From an uncultured Prevotella sp. (GTDB taxonomy: Bacteria > Bacteroidota > Bacteroidia > Bacteroidales > Bacteroidaceae): a stretch of 64,000 nt of DNA. Below are positions 36,583 to 48,300 of this stretch, piece by piece. The position numbers were made by a program, and so were the translations under genes. Where the stretch lies: NCBI GenBank assembly GCA_900319905.1, contig ONQB01000001.1:82343-146342 (forward strand), written 5' to 3'. The notes under the pieces are model-generated. The model saw only the letters and a list, made by a program, of their open reading frames with translations. It made no database searches and was not told the origin of the DNA. Numbering within the stretch: position 1 is the first letter of the stretch; each line of letters begins with the position of its first letter.

Positions 36583-39500
36583 ATGAAACAAATACTTAAT
36601 AATTGTGTTGTCCGCAGTTTTGCCTTGCTCTGTTTGCTGTCGTTTACATTGTTGCTTGGTGCAGACGAGGGTCGTATTTTCAATGCCCGGCTGATATCCA
36701 ATACGAAGGTCAACTGCATTGTCCAGGACAAAAAAGGCTTTATTTGGTTGGGCACCAACTATGGGGTGAACCGCTACGACGGTTACAACTTCGTGACCTA
36801 CCGTTACAATAAGCAAGACACGACCAGTATTGTTGACAACGAAATCACTACTTTCCTCAACGACAAAGAAGGACGTCTGTGGGTTGGATCGGCCCATGGG
36901 CTGATGCGTTACGAGGCGGCGACCAACTCATTTAAGCGATTCTCTTTCCCCCTAAGCCTGCGTTCGCGTGTCAAGGGCATCATAGAGGATGCGCATGGCA
37001 ACATCTTCGTCGGCACGTCGGGTTTTGGGCTGTTTCTTATCAGACGTGGCAGTGACCACCTTGAATCGTTCATCGGAAATGAGGTGAAGCCCAAGAGCAT
37101 TTTCTTTGACCTCATCTTTCTGGATGAACAGGGCGCCATCTGGCAAGGCGATCAGTCGGAACGCATTGTCCGTTGGGTGATGAAGGGGCACCGGAAGTTG
37201 AGCCGACAAGAAATAGTCTCTCCTGTGGGCGTTCCCGTGGCTTTCTTCTCTGAGGGACGCGGACGCATCGTCGTGGTGTGCACGAAAGGCTTGTTCCGCT
37301 ACGACCTCAACAGAAACCTTATCCTGCAACCTTTCAAGTCTGACGCGATACTGCCCGCCGGCATTGACATCATCAGCGCCACGCGCGACCGGAAGGGTAA
37401 CATCTTGCTTGGAACGTCGGGTAACGGTGTATTCAAATCACAGAGAACGATACCGGGCTTCGTGCAGTTGTCGTCACCGGGCAACAAGAATGTCAACCTC
37501 TATCATTCCTCAGTCGGCACTATCCTTACCGATCGTAATGACAATATCTGGCTGGGATGCTATGCCAAGGGCCTCTTTGAGATTGATTCGGAGAACCGGC
37601 CTTTCCAGTCGTGGAGCCTGTCGGAGCAGGGCTACATCAGTGGCAATGCCATAGAGAGCATTGCTGACGACAGTGACGGCATCGTGTGGGGACTGGCCGG
37701 CGATGACGGCCTCTACGGCTTTGACCGTAAGGGCAATGTGGTCAAGCATCTCGAGACACCGAAGTCGCCCGATTGTATCATGCGTGACCTGCAAGGTCGT
37801 ATGTGGCTGGCCACACGCTCTATGCTGTATGGTTTCAACCCGGAAAGTAAATCGTTTACATCTAAGGTGGGATATGAGAGTAATGGCATTCATGCCATGG
37901 CCAGTGACGCGCGGGGCCGTCTCTTTATTTCCATCTACAGCAAGGGCCTCCTCGTCTACGACCCCGAGACGGAGACGACGCGCCACTTCACCAACAACAT
38001 GGTGACTGCCAAAAACGGACATATATGCAACGACTGGGTGCATTCGCTCATGTGTGACCGTAAGGGCATTCTGTGGATAGGAACTGCCAACGGACTCTGC
38101 TGTCTCAACACTGCCAACGACCATTTCGATGCCTTGGGATGGCACAAGATACTTGCTGACCAGATGATTGAGAGCATCTGCGAGGAACCCAATGGCGACA
38201 TCGTCATCGGTACCGACAATGGACTTTATATCTATCAGCGGCAGAAACGCCGCACTATTGCCTTCCCGGGAGGCGAGGCTCTGAGCTCCATACCCATCAG
38301 GGCCATTGTGCGTGACAACAATAACGACCTGTGGATAAGCACGCTCAATGGCATCTGGCAGTATGTGCGAGGCAAGCACCGGTTTGTGGCCCACATACAG
38401 GGAAACGGCTTCACCTACCATGAATACACGCACTGCCAACTGCATCAAAGGGCCTCTGACTTGATCGCTTTCGGCGTCGCTGACGGCATCGTTGCCTTCT
38501 ATCCCAATCAGGTGAACAACTTGAAGACAAGGACGGGCAACGTTTATCTGACCAACCTCATCGTCAATGGTACCATGAAGCCCTGCTTGAACAACAGCTT
38601 CAGCCTGCCTTATTCGGAGAACTCGTTTGTCATGGAGTTTTCAATGCTCAACTACCGCAATGTTGACAACATTGTCTACGAATATCGCATTAATGGCGGC
38701 AGATGGCAGCGTACGCGCGAGGGGGAGAATGCCATCACCTTCACCAATCTGCAGCCCGACAAGTATGTCATCGAGGTGCGTGCCGTTTATGGTGGTACAG
38801 CCTATTCCAAACCGGCCGTCTTCACCATCAGCATCAGTCATCCATGGTATTCGTCGACATTGGCCAGACTCGTCTATGCCCTGGCCTTTATCGCTTTGGT
38901 GTACCTCATCATACGTATTATCATCAAGAGGCAGAAAGATGAGCTCGACGAGCAGAAGATGCGCTTCCTCATCAATGCCACACACGACATACGATCGCCG
39001 CTGACACTCATCATGGGCCCGCTGGAGAAGTTGCGACGGCACGTCACCGATGCCGACGACTACAAAGACCTTGACACTATCAGCCGGAATGCCAACCGAC
39101 TGATGCTGCTCGTCAATGAAATACTCGACGTGAGACGCCTTGATAAGAATCAAATGGTCATCAAGTGCCAGGAAACGGCCATGCTGGAGTATTTGCAAAA
39201 CATCTGCTCACTGTTCCAGTTCAATGCCACCTCACGACACATCAATCTCCATATCCAGTGTGACCAGCCTGACACAAAGGCATGGATTGACCGTATCAAC
39301 TTCGACAAGGTGGTGACCAATCTGTTGAGCAATGCCTTCAAGTACAGCGCCGACGGAGGTGAGATAGTGCTCCACCTCAGCCATGACGAGACTACAATGA
39401 CGCTGCAGGTTGTCGACACTGGCAGTGGACTGGGCAATCAGGACCCCGCTCATCTCTTCAGCCGCTTTTATCAGGGTGACAACGCATGGCACAACCACCA

Positions 39501-40479
39501 CTCCGGCACCGGCATAGGGCTCAATCTGTGCAAGTCTATCGTTGAGATGCATGGAGGTACCATCAGCGCCCGCAACCGCAACGACGGGCAGCAGGGATCG
39601 GTGTTTGAGGTGAAGCTGCCTTTGGGACGGGCTCATCTTAAAGATGAGCAGGTGGCGACAGTAATGCCCGTCAAGACGGCTGCTACAAAGAGTATGCACA
39701 ACAAAGGCGAGCATGTGCTGGTCGTTGATGATGACCCGGAGATAGGCCGCTACATCGCCAGCGAACTGGGCTCGTGGTACTATATTGATACTGCACCCAA
39801 TGGTGATGTGGCGCTTGGCATGATCATGCAGGGCGACTACGACCTGGTGATCAGCGACGTGGTGATGCCGGTCATGGACGGCACCGAACTGCTGAAGCGC
39901 ATCAAAAGCAATCCTAATATCTTCGACACACCTGTCATCATGCTCACGTCGAAGAATGAGATCGAAGACCGATTGCAGGGGTATAAACTCGGAGCCGATG
40001 CCTATCTGCCTAAGCCTTTCAACATGGAAGAGCTGCACATCCTTATCGACAACCAGATAGATGCCGTCAGGAGAATCAAGGGTAAGTACAGTGGTGCAGT
40101 GGATCAGCAGGATAACGTGAAGAACATTGAGGTGGAGTCCAACAACGACGCGCTCATGGACCGCATCATGAAGAGCATCAACAATCATCTCGAAGACCCA
40201 GACTTCAGTGTCGAACAACTATGTGAGGAAGTGGGTATCAGCAGAGCGCACCTGCACCGCAAGATGAAGGAGATGACCGGCATCGCCACCAGAGAGTTTA
40301 TCAGGAACCTTCGCCTGGAGCAGGCTGCCAGAATCATCTCCAAGGGTGGTGTCAATATCAATCAGGTGGCTTACTCTGTGGGCTTCAACAATTCGAGCCA
40401 TTTCACTACCGTCTTCAAGAAGTATTATGGCATGACTCCGACGCAGTACGGCGAGAAGCATAGTGAGGGGATAAAGTAA
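36583..40479 (+). CDS. Hybrid two-component sensor/regulator (HTCS)
   Basis: Beta-propeller repeats (IWLGT..G), Y_Y_Y region, TM, HisKA NATHDIRSPL, HATPase NLLSNAFKY/GTGIGL, receiver VVDDD/SDVVMP, AraC HTH VAYSVGF. TAATTTTG box at 36485. Confidence 0.95.
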   Translation: MKQILNNCVVRSFALLCLLSFTLLLGADEGRIFNARLISNTKVNCIVQDKKGFIWLGTNYGVNRYDGYNFVTYRYNKQDTTSIVDNEITTFLNDKEGRLWVGSAHGLMRYEAATNSFKRFSFPLSLRSRVKGIIEDAHGNIFVGTSGFGLFLIRRGSDHLESFIGNEVKPKSIFFDLIFLDEQGAIWQGDQSERIVRWVMKGHRKLSRQEIVSPVGVPVAFFSEGRGRIVVVCTKGLFRYDLNRNLILQPFKSDAILPAGIDIISATRDRKGNILLGTSGNGVFKSQRTIPGFVQLSSPGNKNVNLYHSSVGTILTDRNDNIWLGCYAKGLFEIDSENRPFQSWSLSEQGYISGNAIESIADDSDGIVWGLAGDDGLYGFDRKGNVVKHLETPKSPDCIMRDLQGRMWLATRSMLYGFNPESKSFTSKVGYESNGIHAMASDARGRLFISIYSKGLLVYDPETETTRHFTNNMVTAKNGHICNDWVHSLMCDRKGILWIGTANGLCCLNTANDHFDALGWHKILADQMIESICEEPNGDIVIGTDNGLYIYQRQKRRTIAFPGGEALSSIPIRAIVRDNNNDLWISTLNGIWQYVRGKHRFVAHIQGNGFTYHEYTHCQLHQRASDLIAFGVADGIVAFYPNQVNNLKTRTGNVYLTNLIVNGTMKPCLNNSFSLPYSENSFVMEFSMLNYRNVDNIVYEYRINGGRWQRTREGENAITFTNLQPDKYVIEVRAVYGGTAYSKPAVFTISISHPWYSSTLARLVYALAFIALVYLIIRIIIKRQKDELDEQKMRFLINATHDIRSPLTLIMGPLEKLRRHVTDADDYKDLDTISRNANRLMLLVNEILDVRRLDKNQMVIKCQETAMLEYLQNICSLFQFNATSRHINLHIQCDQPDTKAWIDRINFDKVVTNLLSNAFKYSADGGEIVLHLSHDETTMTLQVVDTGSGLGNQDPAHLFSRFYQGDNAWHNHHSGTGIGLNLCKSIVEMHGGTISARNRNDGQQGSVFEVKLPLGRAHLKDEQVATVMPVKTAATKSMHNKGEHVLVVDDDPEIGRYIASELGSWYYIDTAPNGDVALGMIMQGDYDLVISDVVMPVMDGTELLKRIKSNPNIFDTPVIMLTSKNEIEDRLQGYKLGADAYLPKPFNMEELHILIDNQIDAVRRIKGKYSGAVDQQDNVKNIEVESNNDALMDRIMKSINNHLEDPDFSVEQLCEEVGISRAHLHRKMKEMTGIATREFIRNLRLEQAARIISKGGVNINQVAYSVGFNNSSHFTTVFKKYYGMTPTQYGEKHSEGIK

Positions 40480-40573
40480 GTGAGCCTTCTTCCCCCTTGC
40501 TATGATACGTGCACTACACTATCACCCAAAGACAGGAAGATGTCAGCGTGTTGATTCCGATACCAACAAAAAA

Positions 40574-40723
40574 GAGGGTGTATCAAAATTGGAGAAGTCT
40601 GGGAGTTCAGAAGTCCAGGAGTTCTGTCATTACTATAATGATACCTTATTATCAGATACTTATGCATTTGACTGAACTTCAGAACTTCCGGATTTCTGGA
40701 CTTCTCCTATTTTGATATATCTC
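40574..40723 (-). repeat. Palindromic element copy B (inverted relative to copy A), between convergent HTCS and GH51
   Basis: Imperfect ~52-bp arms gtgtatcaaaattggagaagtc... / ...gacttctcctattttgatatat; its reverse complement aligns with copy A, including the loop. Confidence 0.8.
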
Positions 40724-40756
40724 CTCTGATAGTGAGCCGTTGGTGAGCTCTACGCG

Positions 40757-42721
40757 TTACATCTTAATCACGTTGACCGAGTAAGGCTTCACGGTCAGCT
40801 TGAAGTTGCTGCCCGTCTTCACCTTGCTGCTTTGCGGCACGATGTGGGTTGGTTCGTTGATGCTGTTGGTCTCGTCGGGCTTGTTGGCGTGGAGCACGGT
40901 GAGCAATCCCTTCTTGGCCGGTTTGCCGCCAATGGTGTGAATGGTAATGGTTTGTGGCGTAGTGCCGCCGTTGACAATCTTGAGATAGGTCTGTCCGTCG
41001 GTTGTCGATGTGGTGGCTGAGAAGTAGAGCTGAGGCAGGCTGCTGCCCTGGTAGTCCATCTGAGGGATGTCTTTTGCTTCCACAGGTACAATCTTATTGC
41101 CCACATTGGAGGCAAACATGCATTGTGCATAGTATGAAGGCGAACCGTAGGCCTTGAGAGCATCGTAGCCGATGAGGTCGCTTTCCCATTGCATCCCACC
41201 GGGGTTGACATTGACAAAGAGCGGTGCATAGCAATGGCCTATGAGCAGGTCGGCGTTGCGCTCCATGCCCGTCATCCAGGCTGCATCACCCAGGGCCGCA
41301 TTCATGTTGGTTGTAGGTTTGCCCTCACGCGAGGCCCATTCGCCACAGAAGATCTTGGGGCCCTTGCGGTCGTAGCCGTCATAGAGATTGACAGCCTGGT
41401 ACATGCCTTTGGTGTTGCGATAGTAGTGTTCGTCGATGACGTCGAACTTCAGTCCGGTGACACCTGTCTCGCGTGCCCATTGCTCTATCTGTTTCTGCCC
41501 GGCAGTCGCTATGAGTTGCAACTGAGGGTAACGGGCCTTGATGGCCTCGTAGAATGCCTTGTACCTTCCGGCATAAGACTCGCTTTCGTCGAAGAAGTCC
41601 TCATTGCCAATCTCAACATAGTGCAGAGGATAAGGCTCGGGATGACCGTCGCGCACGCGCTGGGCGCCCCACTTGGTATCGGCTGAGCCAATGCAATATT
41701 CTATCTCGTCCAAGGCATCCTGTATGAAGGGACCGCAGTAGTCAGCGGGGAGGTAGTCGCCTTTGAGTACATAGCCGGCAAACACGGCCAGGATGGGCTC
41801 GGCACCACAGTCCTCGGCCCAGGTGAGAAACTCCGGCAAGCCCAGTCCGTCGGTCGACCAGTAACCCCATGGACTCCAGTGGCCGGGACGCTCGTCGGGC
41901 GAGCCTACGGTGCGCTTCCAGTCGAAGCGGTTGTGGAAGTCGTTGCCTTCCACATAGTTGCCACCAGGGAATCGCAGGAACTTCGGGCTCATCTTGGTCA
42001 TCATCCTCATGAGGTCCGGGCGCAGTCCGTTGGGACGGTCGTTGAAAGTACGCGGGAAGAGCACCACTTTGGAAAAGTCGTAGTAGCCGCCAACTGGTGC
42101 TGTCAGCACAAAGCGCACGTCCTTGGTGGGCGATACCGTTGTCTTGCCAGTGGCCGGGATGTCCATCTCGAAGCTGACCTTTTGCCATTGGGCCGAAAGT
42201 CCGCTGACTTGGGTAGAGGCGTAGGTGGTCTTGCCATCGGTACTTTGCAGGCTTACGGTCAACGTGCCGCCTTGTGTGGCGCGTGCAATGAGATACCCCT
42301 TGTAATGTTCACCCGGACGTACGGCAATGCCCCAATATCCGTCGTTGGCCAGTGATGAGCCGGCCTGAGCCTTCCAGTTGAGACAGGCGGGCAGCGCACG
42401 GCTGTAGCCTCCCTTTTGCGTCAGTGTGAGCACAGAACGCGTGGTGTCAGTGGCTGTCCAATACTTGGCACCTCCGCTTTTCCAGGGTGTCCAGGGATTG
42501 GGCCGACGGCCGTGCTTGTCCTCGCGGAACGTGGCGTTGCGAAGCAGTTGACCGTAGAGACCGCCCTCATAAGAGTAGTTGATTTCTTCGGTCATCATGC
42601 CGTAGAGAGTGGGGCTGACATCCTTCTGCGCCTGGTCAATGTGTAGGGTGAGTTGCTGAGCTGAGGCAATCACCGAAGAGGTCAGCGCCAAGGAGGTAAG
42701 GATAGTTCTTGTATAGTTCAT
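40757..42721 (-). CDS. GH51 alpha-L-arabinofuranosidase
   Basis: YGMMTEEINYSYEGGLY, LRFPGGNYVEG, VEIGNED, DEHYY, GEWA, GMERNAD, YAPL. Confidence 0.92.
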   Translation of the reverse strand: MNYTRTILTSLALTSSVIASAQQLTLHIDQAQKDVSPTLYGMMTEEINYSYEGGLYGQLLRNATFREDKHGRRPNPWTPWKSGGAKYWTATDTTRSVLTLTQKGGYSRALPACLNWKAQAGSSLANDGYWGIAVRPGEHYKGYLIARATQGGTLTVSLQSTDGKTTYASTQVSGLSAQWQKVSFEMDIPATGKTTVSPTKDVRFVLTAPVGGYYDFSKVVLFPRTFNDRPNGLRPDLMRMMTKMSPKFLRFPGGNYVEGNDFHNRFDWKRTVGSPDERPGHWSPWGYWSTDGLGLPEFLTWAEDCGAEPILAVFAGYVLKGDYLPADYCGPFIQDALDEIEYCIGSADTKWGAQRVRDGHPEPYPLHYVEIGNEDFFDESESYAGRYKAFYEAIKARYPQLQLIATAGQKQIEQWARETGVTGLKFDVIDEHYYRNTKGMYQAVNLYDGYDRKGPKIFCGEWASREGKPTTNMNAALGDAAWMTGMERNADLLIGHCYAPLFVNVNPGGMQWESDLIGYDALKAYGSPSYYAQCMFASNVGNKIVPVEAKDIPQMDYQGSSLPQLYFSATTSTTDGQTYLKIVNGGTTPQTITIHTIGGKPAKKGLLTVLHANKPDETNSINEPTHIVPQSSKVKTGSNFKLTVKPYSVNVIKM

Positions 42722-42755
42722 AATGTATTAATAAGTAAGGAACATAATAATCTAT

Positions 42756-45305
42756 TTAAGGCTGATATTGGTAGAGAGATTCCGCTCCAAAGAGATACTG
42801 AGAGTGGTAGCCTCCGCCGTCAACGACGATTTTCTCAAGCACGATGCCTGGGTCAACGGGCGTGAAGACCAATGAGTGGTCATGGCCTTCCATTGACTTC
42901 ATGGGCAGGCGCACGGTGGTTTCCGCTACGCGGCGTGCCACGGTGGGGTAGTAGATGTCGTAGATGTTGGCCGGTTTCTCGTTGAGATTACGGTTGAAGT
43001 TGATGAGGCCTGACTCTGTACCATCGAGACTGACCTGATAGCGCAGACCGCCTCGGTTGATGAAGTCGAGGGTTGATTTCACGATGATGTGTACCGTTAC
43101 GCTGTCAGCGTCGTTGAGTCCGCGGAAGCGGTATTCCACCTTTGCCCCTTTGACTGAGGCTGTGGTGGGTCGCAACGTCAGCGCTCCCAAGGTGCGGCCC
43201 ATGCCGTCTATAGTTATCCATCGGGCCTGCTGGCTGTCAGTCTTGCTGTAGCAGTGAGGCGCCTCGATGACCACCTGGTTGTTGGTGGCCGTGAACACCT
43301 TTTTGTCGGGCCCGTCGGCCACGGTCTTTAAGGCAGGCAGCTTGTCATGGCGGAAGTTGTCGTTCCATGAGGTGTAGCCGATATGCTTTTGGGTCATCAT
43401 CCCGTTCCATTTGCCATGGGCCAGCTGGTGGTTGTAGCTGTCGCAGAGCAGTGAGTCGCGGCGGAAGTCTGCGCGGCATCGTGCTGCCCATCGGTTGGCT
43501 TCCGGACACTGCTTGTCGGCAAGGGCGAGGTTCATGGCTTGTGCATAATACATGTCGTAGAGGTTGGCCATAGCCTGCACGGGGAAGAGAATGAGCTCTT
43601 GGTAGGCGTCGCGAGCCGCTTCGGGCAACGTGGTGTATTGTCGTAGGGCGTCACGCTCCAGCGCTGCGTAGTCGTTGACCACTTGTTGCCATTCACCTGA
43701 ACTGAGATTGTAGGTCTGGGCGTCGAGCATCTCAGGCGTGCAGCGTCCGGCATACTTGCCTTGAAGATTGAGGATGCGTGCTGCCTCATCGGCCTGCTTC
43801 TCGCCGAAGGCAGAGGCGCAGAAGCGACGGGTGTGCTCTGTCAGCGTAGCTTCCGTAAACGCTTTTGGGTCGCGTGCCATGTCGAGGAACAGTTGGATGG
43901 GGTATTCCATGGGCTTGAGATCGCCCACATTCAGCACCCACAAGCGGTCGATGCCGTTCTCAGCGGCCAAGGTGAGCTGTTCCCACATGTTCTGTGTGGG
44001 TGTTACGTTCAGCCATTTGCTGTTGCGGGGCGCTCCTACATAGTCGACGTGGTAATAAAGTCCCCATCCGCCTTTACGCTGGCGCTCTTGTGGGGTAGGC
44101 ACGCGGCGCACGTCGCCCCAGTTGTCGTCGCAGAGCAACAAGGTGATGTCGTCGGGCACGCGCATTCCTTCATCGTAGTAGTCCATCACCTCTTTATAAA
44201 GTGCCCACAGCTGTGGCACATCACTTGCTTTGCAGCCACGCTCCTTGGCGATGATCTTGCGCTGGTTGCGGATAATCTTCTCCATGAGTTTGACATTGGT
44301 GTTGTCGCTCATGGCCATGTCGCCATCACCGCGCATACCTACGGTCACCACGTCCTCTGTGTTGCGGTTGCGCCTCACGCCTCCGGCCCAGAAGGCATCG
44401 AGTGCCGCCTGGTTGGTGGTGTAGTCCCACTTGCCGCCTGCCGATATGCGCGACTTGCTGTCTTGGGCTTCCACGTTGGGATTGTCGGAGTGGCCATGCC
44501 ATTCTTTCTGTGAGCGGCACATTGGCTCGTGGTGTGACGTGCCGACGATGATACCCATGTCGTCGGCCGTGCGGCTGTTAGCCGGATCGTCAGCATAGAA
44601 GGCCCAGCCCCACATGGCCGGCCAGATGAAGTTGGCCTTGAGGCGCAGCAACAGCTCAAATACCTTGGCATAGAACTGATGCCCGCCATAATTGGTGCCC
44701 CAGGTGTTTTTCACCCATGAAGTCAGACAGGGCGCTTCGTCGTTGAGGAAGATGCCGCGGTACTTGACACGTGGTGAGGGTTGTAGCTGGCGTCCGTGGT
44801 CATAGACAATCTCGTCGCGATGTGCTACGGGTACGTCAGCCCACCAGTACCATGGTGAGACCCCCATCTCCTGGCTCAACTCGTAGATGCCGTAGATGGT
44901 GCCGCGCTTGTCGGCGCCGATGACGACAAGGTTGCCATCGACCACGTCGATGAGATAGCTTTCCCACTGGTTCCGCAGCTGACTTACATCCGTGCCGTGC
45001 TGCTTGACCATGCGGTCGATGAGCGGGCTGTGGCCTAGTGTGCCTGCGACGATACAGCCATGGACAGGCGTGGCCTGACGGTTGGTTGTGACTGTCAGTG
45101 GCGCTGTCTTTCCGCATACGCGGCCTATGTCGGCACTGAGGTTGCGGGCTGCAAGGCGCACACCTGTGAAGTCGGCTGTATCGACAAGTATGGTGGCTGG
45201 CGACTGACCTTGTTCAGCTATGACGAAGTCGGTGGCCCGGACTGAGCTGTGTGTGAGCAAGATCAAAGCTAAGACAGCCAGTAAGTGATGAAGAGTGGCG
45301 TGCAT
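42756..45305 (-). CDS. GH115 alpha-glucuronidase
   Basis: GVSPWYWWAD, KYRGIFLNDE, ANFIWPAMW, SHHEPM, GMRGDGD, NVGDLKP. Confidence 0.92.
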   Translation of the reverse strand: MHATLHHLLAVLALILLTHSSVRATDFVIAEQGQSPATILVDTADFTGVRLAARNLSADIGRVCGKTAPLTVTTNRQATPVHGCIVAGTLGHSPLIDRMVKQHGTDVSQLRNQWESYLIDVVDGNLVVIGADKRGTIYGIYELSQEMGVSPWYWWADVPVAHRDEIVYDHGRQLQPSPRVKYRGIFLNDEAPCLTSWVKNTWGTNYGGHQFYAKVFELLLRLKANFIWPAMWGWAFYADDPANSRTADDMGIIVGTSHHEPMCRSQKEWHGHSDNPNVEAQDSKSRISAGGKWDYTTNQAALDAFWAGGVRRNRNTEDVVTVGMRGDGDMAMSDNTNVKLMEKIIRNQRKIIAKERGCKASDVPQLWALYKEVMDYYDEGMRVPDDITLLLCDDNWGDVRRVPTPQERQRKGGWGLYYHVDYVGAPRNSKWLNVTPTQNMWEQLTLAAENGIDRLWVLNVGDLKPMEYPIQLFLDMARDPKAFTEATLTEHTRRFCASAFGEKQADEAARILNLQGKYAGRCTPEMLDAQTYNLSSGEWQQVVNDYAALERDALRQYTTLPEAARDAYQELILFPVQAMANLYDMYYAQAMNLALADKQCPEANRWAARCRADFRRDSLLCDSYNHQLAHGKWNGMMTQKHIGYTSWNDNFRHDKLPALKTVADGPDKKVFTATNNQVVIEAPHCYSKTDSQQARWITIDGMGRTLGALTLRPTTASVKGAKVEYRFRGLNDADSVTVHIIVKSTLDFINRGGLRYQVSLDGTESGLINFNRNLNEKPANIYDIYYPTVARRVAETTVRLPMKSMEGHDHSLVFTPVDPGIVLEKIVVDGGGYHSQYLFGAESLYQYQP

Positions 45306-45311
45306 TGTTTT

Positions 45312-48300
45312 TTATCTGCGTATTATTTTTTTCCCGTTGACAATAAGTAGTCCCTTGGCATTGGCGTTGACCCTCTGGCCGTAGAGGTTGTATGCCTTGG
45401 CGGCAGCATCAGTATGGTTTTTGATCATTCGAATGCCTGTGGAAGTATCGGTGGAGAGCGCTATGTTGCCAATCATTGTCTCAAGCCAATAGCCGGTGTT
45501 GCCGTCCTCGTCAACCACGGGTGAGAAGCGGAAGAGGTAGTTGCCGTTTGTTGGTACGGTGAAGTTCAATGATACATGGGTGGCGCCGGTGAAGACATTG
45601 GCTGTCGAGCCGCCAATGTTGGGCTCGCAGGCAATAATTGTGCTCTTCACTACCTGAAGGTTGCTGTCAAGAACCTCCACCTTGAGCCATGGATTGTTTT
45701 TCCATGCGGCCGCGTCCAGGCTGAGGTTGTATTTGGCCTTGGTTTTGAGAGGCACCTCATGGCCTGGCAGTGAACCGTAGAGGCCGTAGCCTATGGGTGA
45801 GCTCGGTGTGCGAATGTAGAGTCCGTAGGTAAAGCTGCTGCCTTCGGGGAAGGCGAAGATGCGTGGACCGCTGGAGGCACGGCCGGGCATCACGGTGTCG
45901 TCACCGTTGGCCATGACCCATCCTTGTGGCACCATGCCGGCTCCTTCAATGGAGAAGCTGTCGCGCAGAATGACGTTGGCATAGCCGGGATTGTCGGGAT
46001 TGTTGTAGATGGAGTCGCTGTAGGCCGGATCGTCGCTGACAACGGTGTCGGAGGGTGAGTAGGTGACCTGGTCGATATAGAGCTTCAGACCATCGATGTT
46101 GTTCAACTTGATGGTGTTGTTGCCTTTGTTGAGTTTAAAACCGAGCTTTACCTCTTTCCATTCGTTGACATTGGTGAGCTGGCAGCCTGCCAGCTTGGTG
46201 ACATCGTTGGCCTTGACTTGCAGGTTGCCCTCCTTGTGAGTGTTCATGTAGCGAATGGTCAGTTGATAGTTGCCTTCCTTATGAGCCTGGAAGACATGTC
46301 GCAGGGAACCTCTCTTGTTGCTGCCCATGACGACAAAGCCACAGCCGTGGTGCCCGCGCTCGCTCTGATAGGTATAGTAAGGATCGCGCGGACAGTCTTG
46401 TATCGACCGATAGTCCATGTCTTCGGCCTCAATGGTGACGGGTCCGGTGTAGGGCAGTGGCTGCATGGGTGTGTCAAGATGGGTGGCGGGCAGATAGTCG
46501 GTGGCTCGCCCGGTAGCCGTACCGGCACAGTGCAATGTAAGGTTGACCGATCCGCAATGCTTGACTGAGATGGTATATGTACCTGTGGTGTCGTTCCATT
46601 GCTCATCGGTAATGATGGCACGGGGCGCGTTAGCTTTGGCCACATGGTCCACGTTGGCCGTGCCCACGCTCATGGAGTAAGTAGGCTTCTGATTGGCTCC
46701 AGTCACGGTGATGCGGTCGGTGACAAGTTGTGTGGTGTCGGTGCGGTAGTTGTTCAAGTAGAAATCAATATGGTCGGCATATTCACGGATGGCCCCTGTG
46801 GAAAGCTTGCCCCAGGTGAGCTGCAGCTCTTGGCATGTGTTGTACGCCAACGGGATGGTGGCCGAGGCAGTGGTCTTGACGTTGAAGTAGGAATACGGGG
46901 TGTAGGTGATGAGCTGGTTGCGGAAGCGGTTGACGTATAGGTCGCCGGTGCTCACTTCCGGATATTGGGTTGTGAAGTCCTGTACCTTGCTGCTGATGGT
47001 AGACCATCTGGCTGACTTCTTCACCTGCACGGGAATCGCCTTGGCAAGGTCGTCGTAGAGCAACGGCACGATTGGCAATGCTCCATAGCGGCCCGTTTTC
47101 TTAAACCATGTCATGTTGTTCATGAAGTCTCCGTCTCCCGTCTGATAGGTCGTGGCTTTCTTGTTGAAGGGGTCGTCCTGCTTGTACAGACCATCGTAGA
47201 TATTCTTCCAACCAGCATATTTGTCTTCGTCGGAACCGTAGTTGATGTTGTTGATGACCACCACCTTGGTCTTGCCGAGCACCTCCTTGCGTGTAGGGAT
47301 ATAGAGCGTGCCGTCGATGATCTTGCGGAACATGTCGATCCAAACGTTTTTGAATCCCGGAAACATTGTCCACTGGTGGGCCATGTATCCGTCGGTGGTA
47401 CGGGTGTCTTTCTCTGCGTTAAAGCATTCGGTGGGGATGGTCTCAGGTCCGTCCCAAACGGCACCACCATTGACGCAGGTTTGTTCCATCACGGTGGATA
47501 CACCCGCGCAAAGCGGGTATTGCAGATTGTTGTTGTCGGAACCTGCCATGATGTTCTTGTCAAATTCCCATCCGCAGCGGTCGTAGCGCACGCCGTAGTT
47601 ATTGGCCAGACCGGCTATGAAAGGTCCCCAGGTGGTACTCTCCGAATTGTAATAGCAACCCGACTGTGTGTACTTATAGAGCCAGAGTATGGCATCCGGG
47701 TGTTTTTTGCAGGCTGCCATCAGGTTGGCATTGCGCTTGAGCATGCCCAGCGGGCTCAGGCCATAAGACCACATATTGCCGCAAAAGCTCACCGTGAGGA
47801 AGCCGCCATACTTGTGCGACATGTTGACGAGGTTGGCAAAGAGGGTCAGACGAGATGCTTGTGAGCTTGAGCTTTTGTCGTTGGGCTCGTCGAACCCCCA
47901 GAACTGTTCGGCATAGTTCCAGCCGAGGAAATTAGGATAGTCTTTGAAGAACGACTCGAATGTGGCGAGGTCGTTATCCTGAATGTGGGTATGTCCGCCG
48001 CTTGCAGGCTGGCAGGTGAACCACATGCCGTTTTGCTGGCACACTGTGGCCCAGGAACGCAGCGTGGAGACACCATCTTGTGGCTTCTTGTAGATGTTCA
48101 GCTTGGTGTCGTACTGGCAGGAGAGCGACAGGTTCATGCATACATATGGCCGGATGTCGGCTGGTACCATATCGATAATTCGCTGTGGATTGGCCAGGTT
48201 CCAAACGTCGATGTGGATCATCCAAAGCGGATGGCGCGAGTCTATGGGACGCCGCGTCTGTGCCTGCATAGCCACAGGAAGGACGAGCAGGCATAACATG

